Shown: positions 16,209 through 28,229, numbered from the stretch's first letter. The stretch: 64,000 bases of DNA from Eledone cirrhosa (GCA_964016885.1 OZ024740.1:79670001-79734000); one strand, 5' to 3'. The notes: generated by a model from the letters alone, not told the origin. A program made the numbers and translations.

Positions 16209-16401
16209 CACAAAACAAAACATTCCTTTTACTCAGACAATAATGTTTTACTCCTTCCTTATATGAGACATCCAAGAAGCAATTTGGAAAGATTAAAGCT
16301 CAAATGCGACAGGACCAGACAAAATCTCGTCTGAGGATGATGATGACGATGGTGAGGAGGAGGAATAGGGCGCGAACAAGGATGATGATGACTCATCGTA
16401 C

Positions 16402-16620
16402 TTCTTGTCATCACTGGCGGCTCACCTTTCCAAGGTATTGGGTGATGCGCGTGTGGGTACCTGGTTGTTTCAGCGCCTTAACCTCGCCAATCACCCGCGA
16501 TATTGCTGCGAGTGTGTTGGCGTGCCGCAAAAAGTTCCGTTGACCCTTGTGGTGTGTGACCGATAGAAATCTTAGTGTTGAATTGATGTTGTTTTCGCTT
16601 TGATTTTTTGTTTTTGTATA
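16402..16620 (+). mobile_element. CRE-clade non-LTR retrotransposon, 3' end remnant 1
   Basis: Translates FLSSLAAHLSKVLGDARVGTWLFQRLNLA/ITRDIAASVL, matching the C-terminus WLFQRVSLAVLRGNA of the element at 19.9 kb; followed by a T-rich 3' UTR-like tract. Confidence 0.8.
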
Positions 16621-16711
16621 TTTCATTTATAAGGTCCCTAGCAATAATTAATTATATGTACGTATTTCTATCTGATATAAATATAATCAAATCAAATTTT
16701 ATTTTCACTAT

Positions 16712-17083
16712 AAAAAATACTGGAAACTACCAAATAACTATTTTTCCAGCTTATGACGTTCGAGACGTTTGGTGGAACTGTACCGCTGACAGCGAAGTTC
16801 TTGCCATCGTTGGCGCCTCGCCTTACCGAGGTGTCAGGTGATGCTCGTGAGGGTGCTTAGTTGTTTCAGTGCTTTACTCTCGCCATCACCCGCGTTAATG
16901 CTGCGGGCGTGTTGGCTTGCTTCCAAAATTTCCATTGACCCTTATGATGTGCGGCCAATTATTGGACTTGGTGGTGAGTTAATGATTGCTTTTGTTTGTT
17001 TCTTTTCTTCCTTTTCTATAATTATGACAATATATTTTTGTGCATTACGTATTACATTTGTGAGGTTACTTTGCAATAAATAA
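16712..17083 (+). mobile_element. CRE-clade non-LTR retrotransposon, 3' end remnant 2
   Basis: Translates KKYWKLPNNY/FQLMTFETFGG...GDAREGA*LFQCFTLAITRVNAAGVL, i.e. the K..KY...ET.G and LFQR.S.A..RGNA motifs; AATAAA near 17075. Clearly similar at DNA level to remnant 1. Confidence 0.82.
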
Positions 17084-17509
17084 TTTTTATATAATTGTCT
17101 GCTGGTGGATTTTGCATTTCGCTCTATATCTTCACACAAGAGGAAGGCAACGACGACAACAGTGACATTAACAACAACTCTACCATTAACAAAAGGAAGC
17201 CAACCTCAGCATCAGTGACTCATCTCCAGCCACAAGGTCCTATGACAAATGCTCGCATGTGTGCGTGCTGAACTCTGGGTCTTTCCGTTGGGAACAACCC
17301 CCTGTTTTCTCCCCCCCCCCTCCCCCTCTTTTCTGCACATTCATCCATTCAGTCATTCATTTACTAACAATTTAACTTCCTGTGTCTCCCCCTCGATGCA
17401 GCCCCTTCTTTTCTCTCTTGTTTTCTGACACCTCTATATATATAGGTGAGATATGAGGCCCTCTTACCAGCACTTTCCCTTCCACCCACACACGCCAGCC
17501 ACCCACCCC

Positions 17510-20032
17510 TGATGCCGCTCGATGCCCCAGTCCCCGGCCCCACACCCAATCCCGCGTTACTCCAAGCCGACACCTGCAGCACTTGCAGCACCACTAACAA
17601 ACGGAAGAGGGGCCGGAACTGTTTGGGGTGCGGCTGCTTCCACCACCTCACCTGCGTTGGCTTGATTCGTCGAGCTTGCAATGCCCTCGCAGCGTGGTGA
17701 TGCAGGTGCTGCCTCTTCCCAACGTCTTCCCAGCCACGGCCGTCTGGCACACCACCGGATGGGACAGCGAGCTGGCCTGACGCCCGAGCCTCGCTGGTCA
17801 ACATCGCTCGGCTCAGGCGGCTCCGGAAGATCCCACTCAGGATCCCGAGAGCGGCACAGGTGCCGGTAGCCCATGCCCTCGCTTCCTCGATTGAGAGCGC
17901 CCTGGACTCCAGTCGAGCCAGTGACTGGGAGCGGCTGTTCTATTTCGGCCCACTCGCCCTCGGCCTCCTCAGCTCTGGCGCTGACCGGGGCGGCCGGTCA
18001 ACAGCAGCCTTCGTCAACGCCAATGTCTCGTTCTTTGGGCGAGCGCCCATCCCAAGCGTGCCCAGAACGCCACAGACCCCACCCTCAGGTACCCCCTATC
18101 CTCCACCCCCAAGGCCAGCGCCAAGCGTTTGCGTGACCAGGTAAACCCCAAGCTTATCATGGGTGATGTCTCGGCCGCAGTCAGAGTTGTTGCCTCCGAG
18201 GATACTGTCCTCCAACCCACCGTTGAGGTCCTGGCTGCTCTGCGACTCAAACACCCTGAACCACCCACTTATCTCAGACCCATACCCCCACTTGCTCCTT
18301 GTGGCTTCTGATGCAGACATCGTGTCCGCCATCAGGTTCTTCCCAGCTAGCAGCTGTGGAGGTGTTGATGTTCTCCGACCAGGCTACTTCAAGGAGTTGA
18401 CATCCCCTCTCTCCGCCGAGGCCGGGCGCCGCCTTCTGAGTGCAATTGTGGCGCTCACCAATAGGCTCATCCATGGTGCCCAGGACCCTTACGCCCGAGG
18501 CCTCTTTTTTTCGGCCAGCCTCACCGCTGTCAGGAAGAAAGAGGGTGGCATACGCCCCATTGCTGTGGGCAATGTCTTCCGGAGGCTGGCTGCTAAGGTG
18601 ATCTGCAAGTCCATAACACACGAACTGGGTGAAGAGTTTAGTCCGGTGCAACTGGGTGTCGGCGTGCCCGGTGGCTGTGAGGAGGCCGCTCATGCAACCA
18701 GGCAGTTCTTCAAAAGTTGCCCATCGGAACCGTCATCCAGGGACTCCAAGCACCTCATTGTCAAGCTTGACATGAGCAATGCCTTCACCTCTTTACGCCG
18801 GGATCAGGCCTGCTTCAGCCGAGCTCCCTCTGCCTACCAACTGGCCTACCTGTCATATGGAGCCCCGAGCATGCTCCTTGCTGCTTATACGGTCATACCC
18901 TCGGCTACTGGGGTCCAACAGGGCGACTCTTTGGGACCCCTCCTGTTCGCCCTTGGTATTGACCACATCGCCCGGAGTATCACGACCCCTCTCAATGTTT
19001 GGTATCTGGATAATGCTACGTTGGGCGGGCCCGGACGGACGGTCTGCCATGACCTTTAATCAGTGGTTCCTGCCCTGGCGGGAATCGGCCTCCAAGTCAA
19101 CTCGGCCAAGTCGGAGGTGGTGAACGTCAGCCTCGATGCTGCGAGCTCTGCAGCCTCCGTCTTGGACGTGCGGTCCATTCTCCGCCAGGTTCAGGTGACC
19201 CCCAAAGAGGATGTCCTCATCCTCGGGTCCCCGATCCACCCACCGGCCATCCGCTCCACCATCAGGTCCAGGCTTCAACAGCTCCATACTCTCACGAGCC
19301 GACTAGGCTTGATTGACGGCCACCCAGATCTCTTTCTGCTGAGGAACTGCTTCACCATGCCGAAGCTCCTCCATACACTCCGCAGCGCTCCCTGCTACAC
19401 CCAGACATCTCTCCTCGCTGAGCTCGATACTTGTATCCGAGCAGCAGCCGAGGAGATATGCAACGTTAAGTTTGACCACATTGGATGGCAACAGGCCGCT
19501 TTACCTGTCAGGTATGGCGGCCTTGGCCTCCGGTCCTCGATCTCACTGGCTTTGCCGGCGTTTCTTTCGTCGGTAACCTCATGCCGCATCCTCGTCAGCA
19601 GGGTTCTTCAAAACACAATAGAACCCTCTGTGTTCAGAGAACGTGAGGCCGCCTGTAAGACGTGGGACGGCTGGGACTTAGCCCAGTAGACGTCCCTCCT
19701 CCTTCTCCCCCTATTGACCTCAAGTCCCCCCAACGCACTTGGGATGCCATCCAGTGAAGCCTGGCCGCAGACAGGGGGCCAAACTCCTCAAATACCGGTC
19801 GCTCACCGATAGGTTTGCGGTCGTACCCCTGGCAGTGGAGACTTCTGGTGTCCTCGGCCCCAGGGCTACCTCCTTACTCACCACCATAGGCGCTGAGATG
19901 GCCAGCCGCAGGTGTGAGCCCCGCGAGTTGGAGTGGCTTTTCCAGCGCGTCTCCCTTGCCGTCCTCCGGGGAAACGCCTTCTCCATTCTGTCCGCCGGGG
20001 ATGTGTATGGGCCCCATCGCGTACCGTTGTAG
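17510..20032 (+). mobile_element. Near full-length decayed CRE-clade (RLE-type) non-LTR retrotransposon
   Basis: GC-rich block with N-terminal Cys/His finger, RIPRAA and KL..GDVSAAVR...LKHP motifs, RT motifs IRPIAVG, KLDMSNAF, QQGDSLGPLLF and WYLDN, then LPVRYGGLG, QRTWD and the C-terminal KYRSL...PLAVETSG...WLFQRVSLAVLRGNA. Confidence 0.92.
18163..19689 (+). pseudogene. Reverse transcriptase region of the CRE element (inactivated)
   Basis: ORFs 18163-19059 and 19063-19689 are in the same frame, split by TAA at 19057-19059; the catalytic YLDD reads YLDN. Confidence 0.9.
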
Positions 20033-21004
20033 TTGTTGTATACAGATGTTCAACAATATTCACAACATCGGTGACATCATCTTCTACGACTTCAGTTATA
20101 CCATAAACGTGGTTTTGTATTTAATACATATTATTCACAATATAAATATATTAAACAAATACTTCGAGATTGTATTTATTATATGTGTTTATATTTTCAT
20201 TCTGTAAGAATTATAAACAATTTGTAATGTTGTTTTATACAATTTGTAATGTTGTTTTATACAACTATTGCAAAAAACAAAACCTTGTACTTTCAAATAA
20301 AAATCGCCGCCATTAACTGATATTGAAGCCATTATAATCACTTTTACAGTTTTATGTTAAATTACATTAGTTATATAATCATCCTTTTGTTGTTGGTTGA
20401 ATTTTTTTTTTTTTTTTTAAATTAATACTTAAGTTAGATGAAAAAGAAAAGTATTTAGTATGTCCAGCTGTCACAATTTTTTTTTTTTTAGTATCTTTTC
20501 AAGGATTTCCCAGACTGGTTGGTTCATCATAAATATTCACAATTCTATTGACTAAAGACTCCTACTAACGCCCATTGAATATTTGCATTATCTGCTACAT
20601 ATAAAACTGTTTGTCATTTGGAATCCAGACATACCAAATAAAAACACAATAATAACATTTACAAATCTGAAAATAACATTAATAAAATAAACGAATAAAC
20701 AAATCACTGCCTGCTTTTATTAACCTCTTTTTTTTAAATCTACAACCATAACATTGTTTCAAAGAAAGAAAATAATAGTGAAAAAATCTACAAAAAAATC
20801 AATATAGCAAAAAGATATTTCAAATAGTTGGTTGTTGTTATTTTTATTGTGTTATTGTATAAATAGTGCTATATAAAGTTTTTAGCATATCCATTTGTTT
20901 ATGGTTATAAAAAAAATAAAACAAGCCATGTAAACAATATTTTACTATTTGTTGATATGTATACTACGAATCCTGAAATAGTTTGAAAAGCCATCATTAT
21001 ATTA

Positions 21005-22150
21005 CCCGCCGAGGTTAACTTTGCCTTTCATCCTTATGGGGTCGATAAAATAAAGTACCAGTAATGTACTGGATAATTGCTGGCCTTGTGCCAAAAGTAG
21101 AAACAATTATATTAATATTTGAAAGGCGGTGGATTGCCAGAATCACTAAAGTGTTGAACATAATTCCTTGATCAAAATTCCTTGATCTGAGTTCCAATCA
21201 CGCCGCGGTTAACTTTCATCCTTACGGGGTCGATAAAATATAGCACCAGTAAGGTACTGGGGTCGATTTAATTGACTCCCCCTTCCCTAAAAAAATTACA
21301 GGCCTTGCGCCTAAACTAGAAATCCTTTTTACGGGATCGATAAAATAAAGTACCAGTAATGTATTGGATCGATTTAATCGACTTTCCCCTCACCAACAAA
21401 TTGTTGGCCTTGTGCCTAAATTAGAAATCATTAAGGGCGGTGGATTGACAGTATCGGCAGAGCGTCGGACACCATGCTGTGCAGCATAGAGTTATGGCTC
21501 TTACGATAAAATAAAGTACCAGTAATGTACTGGAGTTGATTTAATCGGTTTTCCCCTTTCTCCAAAATTGTTGGCTTTGTGCCTAAACTAGAAATCATTT
21601 TTCGTTGATATCTATATAACGAATCCTGAAAACAAATTTGAAAAGCCATCATTATATTATTCGGTAGAAAGTCGGACACCATGCTTTGAAGCATAGAGTT
21701 ACGTCCCTTTACGGTCTGAGTTCAAATCCCCCCCGAGGTTACCTTTGCCTTTCATCCTTACGGGATCGATAAAATAAAGTACCAGTAATACACTGGGTAT
21801 GTGCTGGCCTTGTGCCAAAAGTAGAAACAATTATATTATTATTTGAACTGCAGTCAGGCAAGTGGATTGGCAGTATCGGTAGAGTTACGGCTTTTACGGT
21901 CTGAGTTCAAATGCCGCCGATGTTAACTTTGTTTTCATCCTTACGAGGTCGATAAAATAAAGTACCAGTAACGTATTGAGTCGATTTAATCGACCCCCCC
22001 CCCCCCTCAAAAAAAATTACTGGCCTTGTGTCTATACTAGAAATCATTATTTTAACTGCGGTGGATTGCCAGATTCACTAAAGTGAGGAACAAAATTCCT
22101 TGCGCTATTTTAATCACAGTGATCTGAGTTCAAATCATGTCGAGGTCAAA
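21005..22150 (+). mobile_element. Head-to-tail cluster of about 7 tRNA-derived SINE copies/fragments (Meta-domain-like core)
   Basis: Repeated GGCGGTGGATTGGCAG..CGGTAGAG (A box), GAGTTCAAATCC (B box), core CTTTGCCTTTCATCCTTACGGGGTCGATAAAATAAAGTACCAGT and tail GGCCTTGTGCC..AGAAAC. Confidence 0.88.
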
Positions 22151-22333
22151 CTTGTTTCGTTTTTTTTTTCTTTCCAGAGCAAATGAAACAAAACGCCCAT
22201 CAAACACCGAGTCAATAAATTCAACTATGTATGTATGGTCCCGTAACTCCCGAGAGAGATGTAGGTGCGCCGTTTCTTGGGCATATTTGACACCTGGCAG
22301 AGCCTGTCTCCTCTCCAGGTCTGAAAATAGAGA

Positions 22334-22369
<36 letters not shown>

Positions 22370-22374
22370 CGAAC

Positions 22375-23160
22375 CTAGTACTAGACTGGTACTTTTTTAA
22401 TCGACCTTGAATGGATGAAAGGCAAAGTTGACCTCGGTGGGATTGAACTCAGAGAATACATAGCCGAAACGAATACCGCGAAGCATTCTATCCAACGTCC
22501 TAACGACTCTGCTAATTCACCGCTTCCATATTCATCTATACTCTTCGCCAATATTTGATATGTGTGAATCCATATTTGTAGCGATCCAGAGTTGTAGCAG
22601 CAACATAGTGTCATACAGCGTTTCTTGGGCCCATCCCCTTCCAGGTCTGAACACAGCCTATTTCTTTATGAGAAAGAGAGACAGGGTGTGTGTGATAGAG
22701 AGAAATGAAAAAGAGATATAGAGATAAAAAAAACTAGTACTTGAACTGGTACTTTTTTTTATCGACCTCGAAAAGATAAAAGGCAAAGTTGACCTTGGTG
22801 AGAGCCGGAACGAATACCTCAAATCATTCTATCCGACGTTCTAAAAACTCTGCCAAATACCTTACATTATTGGCAGTATCGGTAAAGAATTAGACAACAA
22901 TGCTTTGCGGCATAGAATCACGGCCCTTTACATTCTGATTTCAAATCCCACCGAGGTTAGCTTTGGTTTTTTTTCCTTACAGGGTCAATAAAATAAAGCA
23001 CCAGTAATGCACTGGCGTCGATTTAATCGACTTTACCCCCCCCCCTAAATTGTTGGCCTTGTGCCTAAATCAGAAACCATTATTTTTACCAGTAAATGGG
23101 CAGTGGATTGTCGGAATCGATAGAGCGTCGGACAAAATGTTTTGTGGCATATAGTTACCA
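22375..23160. mobile_element. Four SINE copies/fragments of the same family (two minus, two plus)
   Basis: Minus copies at about 22375-22525 and 22735-22858; plus copies at about 22870-23080 and 23097-23160; same core motif. Confidence 0.8.
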
Positions 23161-24239
23161 TTATTTTGTTGTGACTTATAGCGGATCCTTCATGTAACTG
23201 ATGATGTCTTAGGTTTTCAACCACAATGCAATATTCTGGTAGCCGTCTTGGCGATATAAAACCGAACTACAGCCACCTCATTTTCTTAGCTCTTCGGCTG
23301 TCTCAACATATTATAGAAACATTTTCCTGCTCTTTCTAACGAAAGAGGTACTTGGAACAGAATTGGTAATTTGTCCAGTCACATTTTTCACTGTCTTTTT
23401 TTTTTTTTTAAAGACAGTGAAAAAGACACGTTAGGCTGAAAAAAAACAAAACAAAAAACCCCCCAAAACATCAAAACAAAACCAATTCACTTCAATTTCT
23501 ACCCCGTTAGATTCAACCACGGATATTGTTTTCTTTTCTGTATTTTCCCTAGGCATATTTTTCTGTTTAGACTACATGTCAACACAAAGAGAATTTTTAA
23601 TTCATAAATAAATGTAGAATAAAATAATTGTATTGGTTCTCCAACATAACTTTATAAACATAAATGTACATATTGTAATCGACAACCCTCTCCATCGTTT
23701 ATCAAGACTACATACCTCCCCACTTCCGCTAAATCTTATAGCTTTTTTGCTTATGTATATGAGCTGATAAAGCTCATTTGTAAACGGAGCAGTAGCTGGC
23801 TAGGCTTAAATTAAAAATGTTAATTGGTGCCTCAACATAGCGTTATAAACATAAATATACGTATTGTATATTGAATAATATACGAGATGTTTATGAAAAA
23901 CTTTTGAGAACCTTTTGCTATGAATTTTTAAGGTTGTAACCAACGTCACACACATAACTTCAGCAAATACAAGGGAAGTATAATACTATTTTTTATAACA
24001 CATACATCGCATCATTAACCTTAACAAACACGAACATATGTATAAACTATTATAAACTAATTTATTTATGTCATTATCTTGGTTGCAAAAATCACAAGGT
24101 TTTGGCTGTCTTCAGGTACCCTTCACATTTTATAATATTAATATTCCGTGTCTAGGGCATTGTAAACCTGACGAAGCCGATCCCTCACGAAGTCGGAACG
24201 CAGCCGATTTCTTCTTCTTCTTTTTCTAGAGAGAGAAAT

Positions 24240-25205
24240 AATTGTTTCTACTTTTTTTGGCACAAGGCCAGCAATTACCCAGTGCATTACTAGTACTTTA
24301 TTTTATCGACCCCGTAAGGATGAAAGGCAAAGTTAACTTCGGCGGGATTCGAACTCAGAATGGCAAGGGCCGTAACTCTATACGTCAAAGTATGGCGTCC
24401 TACCCTCTACCGATACTGCCAATCCACCGTCCAGAGAGAGAGAGAGAAATAATTGTTTCTACTTCAAACGACTCTGCTAATTAACCGCCTTGAATTAACT
24501 TAAACACACACTCATATCGCATTTAATTATTTTTACCAGTAAAGGGTGGTGGATTGGCAGAATCGGTAGAGTGTCGGACAATATGCTTCGCAGCCTAGAG
24601 TTACGGCCCTTTGCATTCGGAGTTCAAATCCTGACGAGGTTAGCTTTGTGTATGCGATAAAATAAAGTACCAGTAATGCACTGGGGTCGATTTAATTGAC
24701 TTTCCTCTCCCCTAAAGTTGTTGGCCTTGTGCCTAAATCAGAAACCATTGTTTTTACCTGTAAAGGGGCGGTAGATTGTCAGAATCGATAGAGGGTCGGA
24801 CAAAATGTTTTGTGGCATATAGTTATGGCCCTTTACGTTCTGAGTTTAAATCCAGCCGAAGTTAGCTTTGCCTCTCAACCTTACAAGGTCGATAAAATAA
24901 AATTCCAGTAATGCACTGAGGTTGATTTAATCGACTTTGCCCTCCAACAACCGTGTTGGCCTTGTGCCTGAATCAGAAACCATTGGAACAGTGGATTGGC
25001 AGTAAGGGTAAAGCGTCGGACAACATGTTTTGCGGCATAGAGTTAAAGCTCCTTACGTTCTGAATTCAACTACCGCCGAGTTTAACCTTGCTTTTCATCC
25101 TTACAGGGTTGAAAAAATTAGGTACCAGTAACGCTTTGGTATGGTTTTCATCGACGTTCCATTTCTCCCAAATTGCTGGCCTTGTACCAAATGTAGAAAT
25201 AATTA
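24240..25205. mobile_element. SINE cluster: one minus copy (24240-24430) and three tandem plus copies (24545-25205)
   Basis: Same A/B boxes, core and tail. Confidence 0.85.
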
Positions 25206-25209
25206 TTTT

Positions 25210-25950
25210 ACGACTAATTAGAAGAACTGCAGAAAATTAATCAGTTTACCTTGCGAGAGAAAGGTTTCACAAACCACCAACATTTTTCAACAACGACGAA
25301 GTAAGCCTCAAAATTCTGTTCAGAATAGTTCAAATTCATTTGAAGACTATTAAATAATATTTTGCACACTTGTTCAGTTTCAAATTATGTGTCAATTTAT
25401 ATTTTGGGTTAAAAGCTCTGACAACATTATTGTTATGCATTTGCAGACTTTCATGAAGCCATTATTAAGTAATAATTGTTTCTACTTTTGGCACAAGGCC
25501 AGCAATTATCCTAGTGTATTACAGGTACTTTATTTTATCGACCCCGTAAGGATGAAAGGCAAAGTTAACCTCGGCGGGATTTGAACTCAGACCGTAAAGA
25601 AACGTAACTATGCTGCAAAGCATGGCGTCCGACTCTCTACCGATACTGCCAACTCACCGCCCCCAATCCATCTAATAATTGTTTCTATTTTAGGCACAAG
25701 GCCAGCAATTACCCAGTACATTACTGGCTCTTAATTCAGATGCAACAAGAGGATTGAATAAATAAGAATATTTTCCCAGGTCAATGGCGTTCGAATAAAA
25801 GGAAAAAATAAAATATCATAGTTGACTGCTGTAATAATCGAAAACTAGTTTTGTCAAAACTTTGTTCCTGAAGCTGAAATTTATGCAAAACAAAATAGTA
25901 TTGACTTAAAAATGTTATTACTAATTGATAAAATTCTATCACTATCACAT
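25210..25950 (+). mobile_element. Highly decayed Tigger/pogo-type DDE transposase remnant, split by SINEs at 25472-25725
   Basis: Fragments EKGFTNHQ/FFNNDEVSL (cf. GY..QIFN.DETGL), TTLLLC, PGQWRSNKR (cf. PV.WRSNKKAW) and NFVPEAEIYAKQNSIDLKMLLLIDK (cf. F.PEV...KILLLLDN) occur in the expected order. Confidence 0.6.
25472..25725 (-). mobile_element. SINE copy plus tail fragment
   Basis: Reverse complement of the SINE consensus (short form). Confidence 0.85.
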
Positions 25951-26301
25951 GCCTGTAATTTCGAATACCCTTACGCCAGTGCGGGATTTACCATTGTGCT
26001 TATGTGTGTTTAAACACAGGGCTCCGTTGACCAGGGGACGCCCATCTTCCTGCCAAAAATGTTTTTACCTCCTTCAGGGGCCAAGTAAGGGGCCTCATAA
26101 CTTTTACTGGCACAGGGTCTCATTTTTCCTAAAGCCTGCACTGTCTGACACCCAATTCCTACTTTTACCACTTAGTGCAATACCAGAAAACATTAGCGTT
26201 CAAGTCCTGTTGTTACCCCCCGCCATGCTAATTTTAGCCAACCTATAAATGAAGACAATTTGGAATTTTTAAAACAAATTATTTTAAACATTCATATAAA
26301 A

Positions 26302-26402
26302 GAATACGGGATGATAAGGAAGTACAGACACTCCTTTACGGAATACGGGATGATAAGGAAGCCCAGACACTCCTTTACGGAACCCACTTTGGGAACTACT
26401 GT
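26302..26402. repeat. 39-bp tandem duplication next to an hAT-like terminus
   Basis: GAATACGGGATGATAAGGAAG..CAGACACTCCTTTACG x2, followed by GAACCCACTTTGGGAACTACTG. Confidence 0.65.
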
Positions 26403-26479
26403 GTTAGAAGACCACTTTGTTCAGAATAGATCTCAATGATAATAATACAAAATAGAAGAAATCTAAACTCAGATATAAT

Positions 26480-26858
26480 AAATTGTTTCTACTTTTGGCA
26501 CAAGGCAAGCAATTACCCAGTACATTACTGATACTTTATTTGATCGACCCCGTAAGAATGAAAGGTAAAGATAACCTCGGCGGGATTTGAACTCAGAATG
26601 GCAAGGGCCGTAACTCTATGCGTCAAAGCATGGCATCCGACCGTCTACCGATACTGCCAATCCACTCAGATATAAATAATGGTTTTTAATGCAGGCACAA
26701 GGCTAGCAATTTGGATTTAAATCGACCTCATTACTTTACTGGTACTTTATTTTACCGACCCCAAAAGGATGAAAAGCAAGTTGACCTCGACGGGATCTTA
26801 ACTCAGAACGTAAAAAGCCAGAACAAATACTGCTCAGCATTTGTCCAATGATGTAAAG
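26480..26858 (-). mobile_element. Two SINE copies; the second is interrupted by an hAT MITE and resumes at 27353
   Basis: Reverse-complement SINE consensus; the head continues as CTCTAAAGCCCCTGCCAATC after the insertion. Confidence 0.8.
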
Positions 26859-27352
26859 CAGGGGCGTACAACAGGCGGCCTGCGGCCCACAATCCGGCCC
26901 ACCAGACCAGCCAGAGTGACCCGCGATGACTGTTTTTAATGTTTACCTTGTAGGCTTATATAGAATTTTTCTCGTAACCGTAATACAATTTTCTGTTAGT
27001 TGACCTATACTAAAGGGCTTCACTGATAGGGTTATGTGTGTTATAGTGTGCCAGTTGACCTATACTAAAGGGCTTCACTGATAGGGTTATGTGTGTTATA
27101 GTGTGCCAGTTGACCTATACTAAAGGGCTTCACTGATAGGGTTATGTGTGTTATAGTGTGCCAGTTGACCTATACTAAAGGGCTTCACTGATAGGGTTAT
27201 GTGTGTTATAATTTCCCAGTTCCATGTTATGGAAAGAAGTTGTGGTGAATCTTTGGAATAGTGCTTAATAAGTATTAATGGCCCTAATAGTTGTTCCAAT
27301 GTTTAAAAGTGGCCCGCCAATGGAATATGTGGAATATGTTGCACAGCTCCTG
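26859..27352. mobile_element. Non-autonomous hAT-type DNA transposon (MITE)
   Basis: Imperfect TIRs CAGGGGCGTACAAC / GTTGCACAGCTCCTG, subterminal GGCCC motifs, and 8-bp flanks ATGTAAAG / CTCTAAAG (6/8 match, TSD-like). Confidence 0.75.
26998..27210. repeat. Perfect 55-bp minisatellite, about 3.9 copies
   Basis: AGTTGACCTATACTAAAGGGCTTCACTGATAGGGTTATGTGTGTTATAGTGTGCC repeated identically. Confidence 0.97.
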
Positions 27353-27404
27353 CTCTAAAGCCCCTGCCAATCTACGTTATAGTTAATATTATCCATAGAA
27401 GATA

Positions 27405-27615
27405 AAGGGTGGTAGATTGGCTGTATCAGTAGTGCGTCGGACATCATACTTCGCGGCATAGAGGTACGGCGGTTTACGTTCTGATTTCAAATACCACCGG
27501 GCTAGTTTTGGCTTTCATCCTTACATGATCAATAAAATAAAGTACGAGTGATGCACTGGAGTCAATTTAATCGATTTTCCTTTCTTCAAAATTTGCTTAA
27601 ATCAGAAACCATTAA
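27405..27615 (+). mobile_element. SINE copy (long form)
   Basis: Diverged match to the SINE consensus. Confidence 0.78.
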
Positions 27616-28229
27616 TAGGAGATGAAAAATTTAATAATTCATTTATGGAAGAAGATGTGTAATTGTACGTAGAACATGCGTTGAACGTAGACTATTTTGT
27701 ATCCTCCATAATTCCAAATTACAAAAGCAAATCTGATGTTGAAGAAGACAGTCACTGATTAATGTAAAAATTGAAATAAAGTGGACAAAAAGTTGCCAGA
27801 AGACTAATATAGAAAGCCGTTTGAAATTTCAAATAAAAATAAGGCATTGTATAACAGCAAAAGAAAATATTTACATTGGTTTCAAAAGAAATGGTGTACG
27901 GTGTGAAATTACAGATTTAAGGCCGACGATACTGACTCTAGAAGAAGAGAGAAATTGTGATGAAGCTGACGGTGTTCAACGAAGGAAAAAGGAGAAGAAG
28001 AGATGGTGCAACTGTTTTAAGAAGACAAATGGACTTCTACTCCTTAAAAAATACCGAAATCAATTGAAATTACTCTCTTGGTAGAAGAAAGAAAACGAAA
28101 AACCTTGTGGAAATTCTTAACGACTCTTAAAGAAAAGGGAAGATAATTTCAAGGAATTAACAATTTAATAGAAAATTTAATTTTCATGTTTGGGGCAGGG
28201 CCATCTGATCTTTGTTAGAGAAGGTAACA

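Noticed and set aside
299-16275. Dozens of ORFs (VAVFSVSIL, KTATKIETL, CLQCLNFGG repeats) as membrane, mucin or Cys-rich proteins
   Set aside because: They are translations of the 27-bp satellite, with frequent frameshifts and stops and no unique domain.
16240-16400. Possible Tc1/IS630 C-terminal fragment (KQFGKIKAQMR) or acidic host exon (SEDDDDDGEEEE)
   Set aside because: Too short, interrupted by stops and lacking supporting motifs or splice context.
17364-19986. Minus-strand and alternative-frame ORFs over the CRE element
   Set aside because: Shadow ORFs of a GC-rich retroelement.
16209-20100. Telomeric or spliced-leader target for the CRE elements
   Set aside because: I saw no TTAGGG array or SL-like repeat at the junctions.
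27600-28150. Purine-rich decayed coding-like stretch (ORF 27821-28084)
   Set aside because: No motif I can assign to a family.
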